Source: Thermoplasmata archaeon
Lineage (GTDB): Archaea > Thermoplasmatota > Thermoplasmata > Lutacidiplasmatales > UBA184
Direction of reading: 5' to 3'
Length of the DNA stretch: 64,000 bases
NCBI GenBank assembly: GCA_030038095.1
Contig: JASHPK010000035.1
Location: 26 to 64,025 of the forward strand
Numbering within the stretch: position 1 is the stretch's first letter; the number at the start of each line of letters is the position of its first letter. Made by a program: the position numbers and the translations under genes. Positions 36,688-45,262 of the stretch are shown here, piece by piece. The notes under the pieces were generated by a model that saw only the letters and a list, made by a program, of their open reading frames with translations, was not told the origin of the DNA and ran no database searches.

Positions 36688-37530
36688 CTACGGGATGTCC
36701 GTCGGATCCCACGAGATGTGGCGCCCGGTCGCGAGCCCGTCGAGCCGGGCGACCTCGTCCGGCGCGAGCGCGAAGTCGAAGACCCGGGCGTTCTCCTCGA
36801 TCCGTTCGCGGTGGACCGACTTTGGGATCTCGACCACGCCATGCTGGAGCCCCCAGCGGAGGAGGATCTGCGCGGGGCTATGGTGGTGGGCCCGGGCGAT
36901 CGCTTGGATCGTCGCGTCGTCGAGGTTTCGCCCCCGGGTGAGGGGCGAGTACGCCTCGAGGCGAATGCCGTGCTTCGCGCAGTACTCGAGCAGCGCCGGG
37001 TCGTAGACGTACGGGTGGAACTCGACCTGGTTCACGGCCGGCAGGACCTCGGAGTGGGTCCGCAGCTCCTCGAGATGCCGGATCGTGTAGTTGCTCACCC
37101 CGATCGAGCGACAGAGCCCCTCGCGCTGGAGCTTCTCGAGCGCGCGCCAGGTCCCGAGCCGCTCCTCGGGGGATTTCGCTCGCGGCCAGTGGATGAGGTA
37201 GAGGTCGATGGGCCCGAGACCCAGCCGATCGAGGCTCGTCCGACCCGCGGCGAGGGCGGGCTCGAAGCCGTGGTCGGTGTGCCAGAGCTTCGTCGTGACG
37301 AAGACTTCGTCCCGCGGAAGGCCGCTCGAACGGACCGCGGCCCCGACGTCGCTCTCGTTGCCGTACATCGCCGCCGTGTCGATGAGCCGGTAGCCGGTCT
37401 CGAGGGCCCAGCCGACCGCGTCTCGGGTGGCCCGGCCGGGGGGGCTCTGGAACACTCCGAGCCCGAGCCAAGGGATCTCGGGTCCCTGATTGAGGGCGAC
37501 CCGCGCGTTCAGCGAGGTAGGCGCCGACAT
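36688..37530 (-). CDS. Aldo/keto reductase (2,5-diketo-D-gluconate reductase-like).
   Basis: GYRLIDTAAMYGNE, FVTTKLW and LYLIHWP motifs. 280 aa. Confidence 0.9.
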   Translation of the reverse strand: MSAPTSLNARVALNQGPEIPWLGLGVFQSPPGRATRDAVGWALETGYRLIDTAAMYGNESDVGAAVRSSGLPRDEVFVTTKLWHTDHGFEPALAAGRTSLDRLGLGPIDLYLIHWPRAKSPEERLGTWRALEKLQREGLCRSIGVSNYTIRHLEELRTHSEVLPAVNQVEFHPYVYDPALLEYCAKHGIRLEAYSPLTRGRNLDDATIQAIARAHHHSPAQILLRWGLQHGVVEIPKSVHRERIEENARVFDFALAPDEVARLDGLATGRHISWDPTDIP

Positions 37531-37579
37531 GCGACGCCCACGGCACGGTCCGCCATAGCTTGGAGGGCGCGCGAGGGGC

Positions 37580-37873
37580 CTAGGCGCGCCCCGCGGGGGT
37601 CGTCGGGGAACGGAAGCGGCTCGCGTGACCCTCTCCGACCCACCGGGCGTCGTACGTCCGCAGTTGGCCCTCGTGGTCCGGGCAGAGCAGGAACGAACGC
37701 CATTCCGCGCTCGACGAGCGGACGTCGGCCGAGGCGCCGAACAGCTCGACTCGATGGGGGCGGTCGTCGCACGGCCCGCCGCTGCCGTCCTCGGGGTCGC
37801 CCAGGACCGGACGGTAGGCGAAGTCGAATGCGGCGCCCATCTCGCACAGGGGCCGCTGGAACAGATGGCTCAT
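37580..37873 (-). CDS. Hypothetical Cys-containing protein (97 aa).
   Basis: High GC3 in this frame. MSHLFQRPLCEMGAAFDFAYRPVLGDPEDG...LLCPDHEGQLRTYDARW. I recognise no family with confidence. Confidence 0.4.
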   Translation of the reverse strand: MSHLFQRPLCEMGAAFDFAYRPVLGDPEDGSGGPCDDRPHRVELFGASADVRSSSAEWRSFLLCPDHEGQLRTYDARWVGEGHASRFRSPTTPAGRA

Positions 37874-37899
37874 GCCGACGGACCGCGACCGACGCGCGG

Positions 37900-38190
37900 T
37901 CAGATCTTCGCGACGAGCTGGCTGAACTCGGTCGCCGACCAGCCCTTCAGCGTCGTCGTTCGGACGAAGCCCTGCATGCCGACCCGGATCGCGATCTGGT
38001 TGGCGATCTCGTCGTTCGGCAGCTCGACCGCCGCCACGGCATCGTACGCCCCCATCGTGTGGAGGTCGAGGAGCACCCGGCCGCCCGCCGCCTCCACCGC
38101 CTTGTGGAATGCGTCGGACCGCTGCGGAGCCTGCTTCACGTTTCGGATTCCCTCGGCGGTCCAGCTGATGAGATAGACGTAGTACGCCAT
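37900..38190 (-). CDS. GYD-domain protein.
   Basis: Internal ATG of track ORF 37900..39090: MAYYVYLISWTAEGIRNVKQAPQRSDAFHKAVEAAGGRVLLDLHTMGAYDAVAAVELPNDE... The family-typical size (96 aa) and MGaYD motif are present. Confidence 0.8.
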   Translation of the reverse strand: MAYYVYLISWTAEGIRNVKQAPQRSDAFHKAVEAAGGRVLLDLHTMGAYDAVAAVELPNDEIANQIAIRVGMQGFVRTTTLKGWSATEFSQLVAKI

Positions 38191-38331
38191 GCGACCCTCG
38201 CGGGGGAAGTCGGCTCCCGGTACAAAAGCGGTTCGACCTGGCCCGCCCGGCGCGTCCGCGACCGCTAAAGCCTCCCCTCGGGTGGACCCTCGGATCCCGA
38301 CGCGGTCCGGACCGTTCGGGGACTCCGCAGG

Positions 38332-39162
38332 ATGGCGATCGAGGAGCTGCCGAAGGCCCGGATCGCGTACGAACTCCGGGGACGGGGTGGGGATCCGACC
38401 GTGCTGATCCACGGATCGTGGGTCGACCGGCGCTCCTGGGATCTCGTGGTCCCGGGGCTCGCGCACTCGTTGGACGTGCTCAGCTACGATCGCCGCGGCC
38501 ACGGGGAGAGCACCGGAGCGGCCCGCATCCGCCCGGTCGAGGACGATGCCTCCGATCTCGCGTCGCTTCTCGAGGCGCGGAACCACTTTCCGGCCCACCT
38601 CGTCGCGCACTCCTACGGCGCGGCCGTGGCGCTCCGCCTGGCGCAGGAGCGCCCCGAGCTCGTCCGCAGTCTCGCGCTCCACGAGCCGCCCTTCGTGGGG
38701 CTGCTGCTGGACGACCCCGCCACGAGGTCCGAAGCGGAGTTCCTGATCGCCGAGGCGCGTCGCGCCCAAGCCCTCGTGCGCTCGGGGAACTCCGAACGCG
38801 CGGTCCACGAGGCGCTCGAAGTGTTCACCCTCGAGCCCGGGGCGTGGGGCCGGCTCCCGTCGGCGGTGCGCTCGGGGTTCGTGCGCCACGCCGAACGATG
38901 GGTCGAAGAGCTGGACGATCCGGCGATGCTGCTTCCGGATCCGGGTCCGTTCCGAGAGCTCCTCGTTCCGGCGCTCCTCACGTATGGGGGTCAGAGCCCG
39001 GGCTTCCTGCGACGGGTGACCGAACGGCTCGCTTCCGCGATCCCGAACGCTCGGCTCCAGGAGATCCCGGAATCGGGCCACGTGCCCCACCTCACGGGCC
39101 CGGACCGGTACGTCGGGGTGCTTCTCACGTTCCTCGTAGAGCGGGACGTTCCGGTGACCTGA
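38332..39162 (+). CDS. Alpha/beta-fold hydrolase.
   Basis: VLIHGSWVD, the nucleophile elbow VAHSYGA, and a C-terminal SGHVPHL motif. Confidence 0.85.
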   Translation: MAIEELPKARIAYELRGRGGDPTVLIHGSWVDRRSWDLVVPGLAHSLDVLSYDRRGHGESTGAARIRPVEDDASDLASLLEARNHFPAHLVAHSYGAAVALRLAQERPELVRSLALHEPPFVGLLLDDPATRSEAEFLIAEARRAQALVRSGNSERAVHEALEVFTLEPGAWGRLPSAVRSGFVRHAERWVEELDDPAMLLPDPGPFRELLVPALLTYGGQSPGFLRRVTERLASAIPNARLQEIPESGHVPHLTGPDRYVGVLLTFLVERDVPVT

Positions 39163-39664
39163 GCTTGCGCCAGGCGGCCGGAGCCGCGCTCCGGGAGGAG
39201 CGGCACTTCGGGCAACGCGGCCGCTCGGCGGTCGCCACGTCGGTGAAGAACACGACTCCGCGCCGCAGATGCCGGAAGCACGCGAACAGACGTCGGGCGA
39301 TGCCGCGGCGATCCTCGAACGGATAGAGTCTCCAGTAGGTGCCTCGGACCTCGGTCCCCGGAGGGGCGAGTGCGAGCCACCGTTCTGCCGCCCGTCCGAG
39401 CTCGGGACCGTGGCGGCGGGCGGACCTGAGATCGTGCGGGCGAACCAGGGTCTCGGGGGCCGATAGCCCTCGCAGCGTCCGCCCGACGTCGGGGGTCGGG
39501 TCCCGCTTCGAGATCTCGAAATAGGAGACGACCGAGACCGCGCCCCCGGGACACGCGTACACCTGCCATAGGCCAGGGAGGGCCGAACGAAACCGGCGGG
39601 GGTGAATCGCCCGGTCGCAGTGCCGGTAGCACTTCGGTGCGTCCGGAGCGAGGGCCTTCCGCAC
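39125..39664 (-). CDS. Hypothetical Cys-rich protein (179 aa if the GTG at 39664 is used).
   Basis: Part of track ORF 39125..40003. From VRKALAPDAPKCYRHCDRAIH...YACPGGAVSVVSYFEISKRDPTPD...YWRLYPFEDRRGIARRLFACFRHL...RPRCPKC the frame has high GC3 and protein-like sequence. It starts 23 nt after the upstream glutaredoxin-like gene. Confidence 0.4.
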   Translation of the reverse strand: MRKALAPDAPKCYRHCDRAIHPRRFRSALPGLWQVYACPGGAVSVVSYFEISKRDPTPDVGRTLRGLSAPETLVRPHDLRSARRHGPELGRAAERWLALAPPGTEVRGTYWRLYPFEDRRGIARRLFACFRHLRRGVVFFTDVATAERPRCPKCRSSRSAAPAAWRKLRSPERPALRGT

Positions 39665-39687
39665 GACCGGGGGCAGACGCCGGGCTC

Positions 39688-40116
39688 TCACGGTACCCGT
39701 CGCGTCTCGGTCTCGAGCCGACGCAACCACGCGCTCGCGAAGAGGTCCTTCCAGGCCCGTTCGGTCCGGGAGACCGCCTCCGAGAATCCCGTCAGGAGAT
39801 GGTCGACTCGACCGTCGGACCATTCGAGGAACACCTGAGGGATGAGGTAGTCCGGGGCCCGGTCCCCGGAGCGACGGACGATGCGGTCGGCGAGACGCTC
39901 CTCGCGCGCCCGGTCGATATCGAGCCTCCGGTACGGGACGTGGAGTCGTTTCGCGAGCTGACGCCCGTTCCGCTCGGAAAGGGGGACGCAGTGCGGGCAC
40001 CATTCGGCGAGAACCACGGTGAGTCGGGACGGGCGCGGTCCCACCGCGGTCGCGCGCTTCATGCAGGCGTCAAACGTCCCTCCAAGATATCGCTTCAGGG
40101 CGTGCGCCGCCGCCAC
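39688..40116 (-). CDS. Glutaredoxin/thioredoxin-like protein (WCPHC active site).
   Basis: TVVLAEWCPHCVPL...PDYLIPQVFLEWSDG. An internal ATG at 40062 is an alternative start. Confidence 0.65.
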   Translation of the reverse strand: MAAAHALKRYLGGTFDACMKRATAVGPRPSRLTVVLAEWCPHCVPLSERNGRQLAKRLHVPYRRLDIDRAREERLADRIVRRSGDRAPDYLIPQVFLEWSDGRVDHLLTGFSEAVSRTERAWKDLFASAWLRRLETETRRVP

Positions 40117-40176
40117 GGCCCCGAGACGTACCGCTGGAACTTGCCGCTGATATACCCTGGGAGACGTTCACGCCGT

Positions 40177-40605
40177 GTGCCAGCCATCCGCGCCGGCGAG
40201 CCGAGGTTTCGGTTCGAGCCGGCGCCGAACTGGGTCGAGGCGGCTCCCGGGGTCCGGATGCGGCCGCTGGTCGAGGGCGTCGGCACGAAGCTGATCCTGT
40301 ACCGGATCGACCCCGGGACCCGATTCGAGGACCACCGGCACGAATTCGGCGAGCTGGGTGTGGTGCTCCAGGGAAAGGGGCGGATCTCCGTGGAGGGGAC
40401 CGATCGGGAGATCGGCGTCGGCGAATCCTACTTCCTGCCTCCGAACTGCCTCCACGGCCTCTCCGTCGCCGAGGGGCACGAGCCGATGGTCTTGGTCGAC
40501 GTCACCACGTTCCTCCCTCCGGACATCCCGATCCCCACGACTTCGCAGATGACCGAGCTCACGGCCCGGGTGGTCCGCTCCCGCCGCCGACCCGCTCGGG
40601 GCTGA
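40177..40605 (+). CDS. Cupin-domain protein.
   Basis: Internal GTG of track ORF 39637..40605. The cupin motifs are RIDPGTRFEDHRHEFGELGVVLQGKGRI...GESYFLPPNCLHG. Confidence 0.7.
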   Translation: MPAIRAGEPRFRFEPAPNWVEAAPGVRMRPLVEGVGTKLILYRIDPGTRFEDHRHEFGELGVVLQGKGRISVEGTDREIGVGESYFLPPNCLHGLSVAEGHEPMVLVDVTTFLPPDIPIPTTSQMTELTARVVRSRRRPARG

Positions 40606-40643
40606 CCGCAACTCCCGCCGGAGGACGGGGCCCCGTCCCGGCC

Positions 40644-41477
40644 TCACGGCGCGGGACGGCGAGAGGACTCCGACGCGGCCTCGAGCAGGTGGAGGGCGCC
40701 CCGTCCCAGCCACTGGCCGCCGTCCACCGCGAGGACCTGGCCGGTGATGTAGCTCGCCTTGGCGCTCGCGAGGAATCGCACCGCCTCGGCGACCTCCTCC
40801 GGGGTTCCGAATCGTCCGAGCGGCACGTCGTCGGTGATGGCTTGTACGATCTCCTCCGAGACCCAGAGCTGACGGTCGGTCGCCTCGGTGTGGACCGGCC
40901 CGGGGGAGACGGCATTGACCCGGATCCCGTACCGGGCCCACTCCACCGCCAGGGTCCGGGTGAGCGCGAGGACCCCGGCCTTCGCGGCCGCCGAGTGGGC
41001 CGTGCCGGGTCCCGCCATCCACGCGTACGACGCGACGATGTTCACGATCGCCGGCGCGGGGGCCGTACGGAGCAGCGGGAACGCGGCGCGGGAACAGAAG
41101 AACGTACCATCGAGGACGATGCCGACCACCGCCCTCCAGCCGTTCGGAGTCAGGCTCTCGGCGGGCTGCGCGAAGTTGCCCGCCGCGTTGTTCACGAGGA
41201 GGTCGAGGCGGCCGTACTCCTGTCGCACGGCCTCGATCATCCGGTCGACCTGATCCGGAAGTCGAACGTCCACCGGAACCTCGAGGACCCGCGCCCCGTG
41301 GGGGCGGATCGCGGACGCGCCGTCGCGGAGGTGCTCGGGTGACCGGCTCGCGATCGCGAGGTCGAACCCGTCGTCCGCGAGGACGATCCCGATCGCCCGG
41401 CCGAGACCGGTTCCGCCTCCGGTCACGAGAGCGACGGGGCGGGCGGACCCCGCTGGAGACTCGGCCGGTGGCACCAC
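40644..41477 (-). CDS. Short-chain dehydrogenase/reductase (dienoyl/enoyl-CoA reductase-like SDR).
   Basis: Rossmann motif ALVTGGGTGLG, plus NNAAG and HSAAAKAG. The GTG start (41477 or 41474) was chosen just upstream of the Rossmann motif. Confidence 0.85.
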   Translation of the reverse strand: MVPPAESPAGSARPVALVTGGGTGLGRAIGIVLADDGFDLAIASRSPEHLRDGASAIRPHGARVLEVPVDVRLPDQVDRMIEAVRQEYGRLDLLVNNAAGNFAQPAESLTPNGWRAVVGIVLDGTFFCSRAAFPLLRTAPAPAIVNIVASYAWMAGPGTAHSAAAKAGVLALTRTLAVEWARYGIRVNAVSPGPVHTEATDRQLWVSEEIVQAITDDVPLGRFGTPEEVAEAVRFLASAKASYITGQVLAVDGGQWLGRGALHLLEAASESSRRPAP

Positions 41478-41538
41478 AAGGCCGGGAGGGCACGGGGGGT
41501 ATAGCGACTGCTGGCGGCAGGGGGCTCCGGCCGCGAGG

Positions 41539-41919
41539 CTATCGGTGGCCCCGGGGAGACCCCTCGGGTCCGGATCCGAGGCTCCGAAGGATCCCGCGCA
41601 GGTTCTCGAGGTCGCCCGGTCCGAGGCCCTCCATGGGGATGCCATCGATCCGGTGCACGAGCTCGCCGTCCCGGAACGCGAGGAGCGTGGGAACGACCTC
41701 GATCTGGAATCGGTCCCAGAGCGGGCTCGCGGTGTCGGTCACATCGGCGAGGGCCGATTCGAAAATCCCCCCGCCGTCGAAGCGCTCGAACAGGGGTCGG
41801 AACGCGCGGCAGAAGGGACACCAGTCGGCGAGGACCGCGACCGCCCAGAGACCCTTCCGGCGCAACCGACGCCCCTCGAAGTCCTTCGGTCCCAGCCGTT
41901 CCATCGCGGCGTTCGCCAT
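41539..41919 (-). CDS. Thioredoxin-family protein (WCPFC).
   Basis: Internal ATG of track ORF 41539..42501: MANAAMERLGPKDFEG...VLADWCPFCRAFRPLF...VPTLLAFRDGELV. The upstream 194 codons of the track ORF have poor GC3 and junk composition. Confidence 0.8.
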   Translation of the reverse strand: MANAAMERLGPKDFEGRRLRRKGLWAVAVLADWCPFCRAFRPLFERFDGGGIFESALADVTDTASPLWDRFQIEVVPTLLAFRDGELVHRIDGIPMEGLGPGDLENLRGILRSLGSGPEGSPRGHR

Positions 41920-42509
41920 CCCCCACGAACCGCGCGCATCTCCCGCTCGCGAGAAGGGGGCGAGGGCTGCGCGTCGTGCGGCCCTTCGAAAGGTGGGCTC
42001 TCGTATCAGCTCGTCGCGCCGTCTCACGAGACGAGGTCCGTGGCCATGCCGAGCTGAAGCTGCCCCGCACGATGGGCAGTCCCAGGGCGCACGGACGCCG
42101 GGCGCGTGTGCGTGCTCTTCCTCGGAGGGTCGAGGCACTCCTAGGTCGTGGCACGCACCGCTGGAGGCTCGGACCGACGAGTGCTCCCCCCGACCCCGCG
42201 CGGACGGGTCGGCTGGCGCCATTCGAAAACCCACACCGGGCCCCTCGCGAGCCGGCTCGGCTGGCGCCTCGGGACGCGCGCGGCACCCGAGACGGTGACG
42301 GTCGCGTCCGACCGCACGATGGCGGTCGGAGGGCGGTCCGTACCTCAACGGTTCGACGGGGTCCATAGGGACGAAGGCTCTCGCTAGGACGGGATGTCCC
42401 CGCGACGGCTCGAGGCCCTCCCATCCGAGGCGGCGCACGGCGCCGCACGAGGAATTTAGTAGGCGTCGCACTTGGCGGCGCCCAGGCGGGCTCCTCCGCA
42501 CCTCGGGCC

Positions 42510-42659
42510 ATGATCCGCGATGGACAGATCCTCTGCGACCGGTGCCAGAAGACGATCACTCGGGTGACCGACGTACCGGCCGAGGGCTGGCCCTCGATGC
42601 ATAATCTGTGCTCCGCGTGCTTCCTCGAGGTCTGGAAGGAGTCGATCCCGCGGGCGTGA
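42510..42659 (+). CDS. Putative 49-aa CxxC...CxxC micro-protein. Below the ORF-track cutoff.
   Basis: My translation: MIRDGQILCDRCQKTITRVTDVPAEGWPSMHNLCSACFLEVWKESIPRA*. GC3 is good. No family assignment. Confidence 0.4.
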   Translation: MIRDGQILCDRCQKTITRVTDVPAEGWPSMHNLCSACFLEVWKESIPRA

Positions 42660-42680
42660 CCCTGCGGACCGAGGGGCGAG

Positions 42681-43229
42681 CTACGAGGGGAGGTCCCTCC
42701 CTTCGAGCGGGACCAGTGCCTCGTCCTCGAACCAGGCGATCACGATGAAATGCCAGGTGAGCACCACGAGCAGGAGGAGGTCCTTCAGGTCCTTCGCCGT
42801 CGGGTCGACCACCACGGCCCCCCCTTCCAGCGCGCGGCCGGCGCGGACCGGCTCAAGATGCAGGATCTCCCGCCGATCCTCGGTGGTCACCTGCCAGGCC
42901 GGCACGAGGAGCCCCGCCCGATGGAAGCGGTACGAGCGCCCGTCCGCGAGATGGATGAGGTGGTAGCCGAGGTGCACCGAGAGCCGGGCGATCTCTCGGC
43001 CCTCCTCCTTCGGTCGGACGACCACGTGGGGGTTCAGGAAACCCCCCCGCTGGAGCGCCCAACTTCCCTCGGCACTCTCGGCCAGCGCAAGAGACCCGGC
43101 GTCCTTCTCCCAAGCGAGGTCAGCGACCAGGGAGTCTCCCGCCATCAGTCGAAAGCGGAGGGGCTCGTCGGCGCGGAGCCAGCGAAGCGCCGACCGGTCG
43201 GTCGAGGGAAGCGATGCGTACGCAGCCAC
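42681..43229 (-). CDS. Hypothetical protein with a C-terminal hydrophobic segment.
   Basis: MAAYASLPSTDRSALRWLRADEPLRFRLMAGD...LLLLVVLTWHFIVIAWFEDE. The composition is protein-like and no family is recognised. Confidence 0.5.
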   Translation of the reverse strand: MAAYASLPSTDRSALRWLRADEPLRFRLMAGDSLVADLAWEKDAGSLALAESAEGSWALQRGGFLNPHVVVRPKEEGREIARLSVHLGYHLIHLADGRSYRFHRAGLLVPAWQVTTEDRREILHLEPVRAGRALEGGAVVVDPTAKDLKDLLLLVVLTWHFIVIAWFEDEALVPLEGRDLPS

Positions 43230-43273
43230 GTCGCACCACCGCTTCGCGACTTCTTAACGGCGGCGCGGCGGGG

Positions 43274-43918
43274 TCAGTAGGGCGCAGACGCGGACGGAGG
43301 ATGCCGTCGGCCCGCATCCCGTGCAATCCCGTCGAGTTCGCGCAGCATCTGCTCGACTTCCGTCCGGGGGATCGGTTCCACGGGGGGCGTGGGAAGCGGA
43401 ACCGGCCGGGCGTCGAGCTCCTCCTCCGGTTCCTCCCAGGGCGGGGAATTGCGCGGGGTGGTGGCCAGGGCGGCCGAAAAGCCGCTGGCGTGACCGGCCG
43501 CTCGCCGGGAAGCGGGCGCGATCGCCGGTGGAGGTCGGCCGAGGTCGGCGCGGTTCGAGACGGACGTCGCGGGGGCCCGGGCGCGCGGCCGGACTGGCTC
43601 CGGCCGCTCCGGCAGGAGCGCGGCCTCCTCGGCGGACTCCACGGGCTCTGAGCCGTCGGTCGCGTAGAACCACGAGAGCACTCCACCGATCGATGCGACG
43701 AACCCGAGGACCACGAGCAGGTCCCAGAGAGGGAACGAGCCCGGTCCGGCCGACGGATCGAACCTCCAGACCGCATAACCGCCGATGAACAGCGCGATCG
43801 CGGCGAGGAAGAGGGGGCTGGAAGGGGCGAAGCCCGTCCAGCGCGACGGCCGTCCGACCTGGGGCGGCTCCGTATTGTAGATCGGCCCCACGAGAGTACC
43901 ACCTCGGAACCCGCTCAA
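43274..43918 (-). CDS. Hypothetical two-TM membrane protein with a disordered Pro/Ala/Glu-rich C-terminus.
   Basis: PLFLAAIALFIGGYAVW and LLVVLGFVASIGGVLSWFY helices. The competing frames are Arg/Pro junk. Confidence 0.5.
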   Translation of the reverse strand: MSGFRGGTLVGPIYNTEPPQVGRPSRWTGFAPSSPLFLAAIALFIGGYAVWRFDPSAGPGSFPLWDLLVVLGFVASIGGVLSWFYATDGSEPVESAEEAALLPERPEPVRPRARAPATSVSNRADLGRPPPAIAPASRRAAGHASGFSAALATTPRNSPPWEEPEEELDARPVPLPTPPVEPIPRTEVEQMLRELDGIARDAGRRHPPSASAPY

Positions 43919-44029
43919 ATGGCTGTCGGCGGAATTCGGGTCCCAGAAGCTCCCCCGCAGGGTTATACTTCGGAGGAATACGCATAAATACGCAACTCAC
44001 GCTTGTTGTCTCCAACCCTGGGATGCTCC

Positions 44030-44650
44030 ATGGCAGGTCGCATGCAGCGCCGAACGGTCTACGCCGCGACGATCGTGACCCTCCTCGCCCTCGCGGGGGG
44101 CTGGGCGTTCGCGGCCGGCACGATTCACTCGAGCGGGCCGGCCCAGAACTCGAAGATCACGGTCACCGCTCCGAACGGGTTCACGGACGCCTATGTCCAG
44201 TCGACCCAGCTGATCCAGGTCTCGAGCGGCCTCCTCAACTCTACCTCCCCTGCGGGGACCCAGCCCGTGAGCAGCCACGGTCTCAACTCGAGTTACCAGA
44301 CGAACGCCATCCTGCCGAGCTGCTCGGGGAACGCCTGTCTCGCGAACTACTCGGCGGTCGACCCGTCCCACGCCCTGACCGCGGGCGACACCGCGCTCCA
44401 GGTGGCCCTGCAGGTCAACCAGACGTCGACGGCGAGCGGCTTCGACATCCAGGTCGAGATTCTGATGGCGAGCGGCTTCTACAACTTCGGAAGCGGCTAC
44501 TTCGACACGGCCACCGGCACCACCTTCGTGTGGGTCTTCCTCTACGTGGATCTTGGGGTGAACCCCATCACGACCCCGCTCTCGGGCGACATCGTCTCCG
44601 ACATCGTCGTGACGTTCAACTCCTGCTCGTCCGCGACGACCTGCCCGTGA
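44030..44650 (+). CDS. Hypothetical secreted/anchored protein with several sequons and Cys pairs.
   Basis: MAGRMQRRTVYAATIVTLLALAGGWAFAAG signal/anchor. A Ser/Thr/Asn-rich body carries NST, NSS, NYS and NQT sequons. A TATA-like ATAAATA lies at 43984-43990. Confidence 0.55.
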   Translation: MAGRMQRRTVYAATIVTLLALAGGWAFAAGTIHSSGPAQNSKITVTAPNGFTDAYVQSTQLIQVSSGLLNSTSPAGTQPVSSHGLNSSYQTNAILPSCSGNACLANYSAVDPSHALTAGDTALQVALQVNQTSTASGFDIQVEILMASGFYNFGSGYFDTATGTTFVWVFLYVDLGVNPITTPLSGDIVSDIVVTFNSCSSATTCP

Positions 44651-44789
44651 GCTAGCGCCACCGGCGCGACCCGCGCCCGGTCCGGGCGCGAACCCCTTCC
44701 TCCACTCTTCGAGCCACGTGACGGATCGGCTCGCCGATGGGCGGTGAGGAGCGTCCGAGGGACCCGCCGACGATGGGCGGCTCGAAGGC

Positions 44790-45152
44790 CTACCGACTCG
44801 CGAGCAGGAAGAGGATCCCGGCGATCAGCACGAGTAGGGTGCCGAGAATTCCGAGGATGCCCGCCGCGAGACCGAACGCGATCCAGCCGATCAGCGCGAT
44901 CACCACGAGGATCACCCCCGCCGTCAGCGCGCGGTCGCGGGCGCTCGACTTACCGTAGGCCGTGAACAGCCCCACGATCACGCCGACGACGAGGACGATC
45001 ACCGCGTGCTGCCAAGTTCCGAGCGCCGCGAGCCCATGGCCGAGCGCGATCAGCACCACACCCGCGACAAGCTCGATCAGGCCCTCCAAGACCAGCAGTA
45101 GCGCCCCGAGGATCCCGAAGACCATCGCGAGTCGACGCTCGTCGTCGGCCAT
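44790..45152 (-). CDS. Small polytopic membrane protein (120 aa).
   Basis: Internal ATG of track ORF 44790..45821: MADDERRLAMVFGILGALLLVLEGLIELVAGVVLIALGHG... It has four hydrophobic helices. Confidence 0.6.
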   Translation of the reverse strand: MADDERRLAMVFGILGALLLVLEGLIELVAGVVLIALGHGLAALGTWQHAVIVLVVGVIVGLFTAYGKSSARDRALTAGVILVVIALIGWIAFGLAAGILGILGTLLVLIAGILFLLASR

Positions 45153-45262
45153 GGTCCGGAACGAGGTGCGCCTCCGCATCACCCTTCTGGTCCGAGTGCC
45201 GGACGGTGGCCGCGGATGCGGCCCGCACGAACACCTAAGTCCCGGCGCGTCTCCCGGGACCT

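Noticed and set aside
42209-42268. A 12-nt direct repeat tcggctggcgcc (two copies, 36-nt spacer), considered as a mini-CRISPR or att-like repeat.
   Set aside because: There are only two copies and they are short and GC-rich. No further repeats, cas genes or integrase are present. It is mentioned only as a feature of the unexplained region.
41920-42509. I tested whether the non-coding gap is RNase P RNA or SRP (7S) RNA.
   Set aside because: I could not find the conserved strings on either strand: GAGGAAAGUCC, the ACAGAA...GGCUUA-type P4 strands, or the GGUAAGAGCGCACC block for RNase P; and a GNAR-capped GG(A/C)CCGGAAGG(G/A)AGCA helix-8 motif for SRP. The only partial resemblance is GGAAGAGCACGCAC on the minus strand. 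Identity is therefore left open rather than called.
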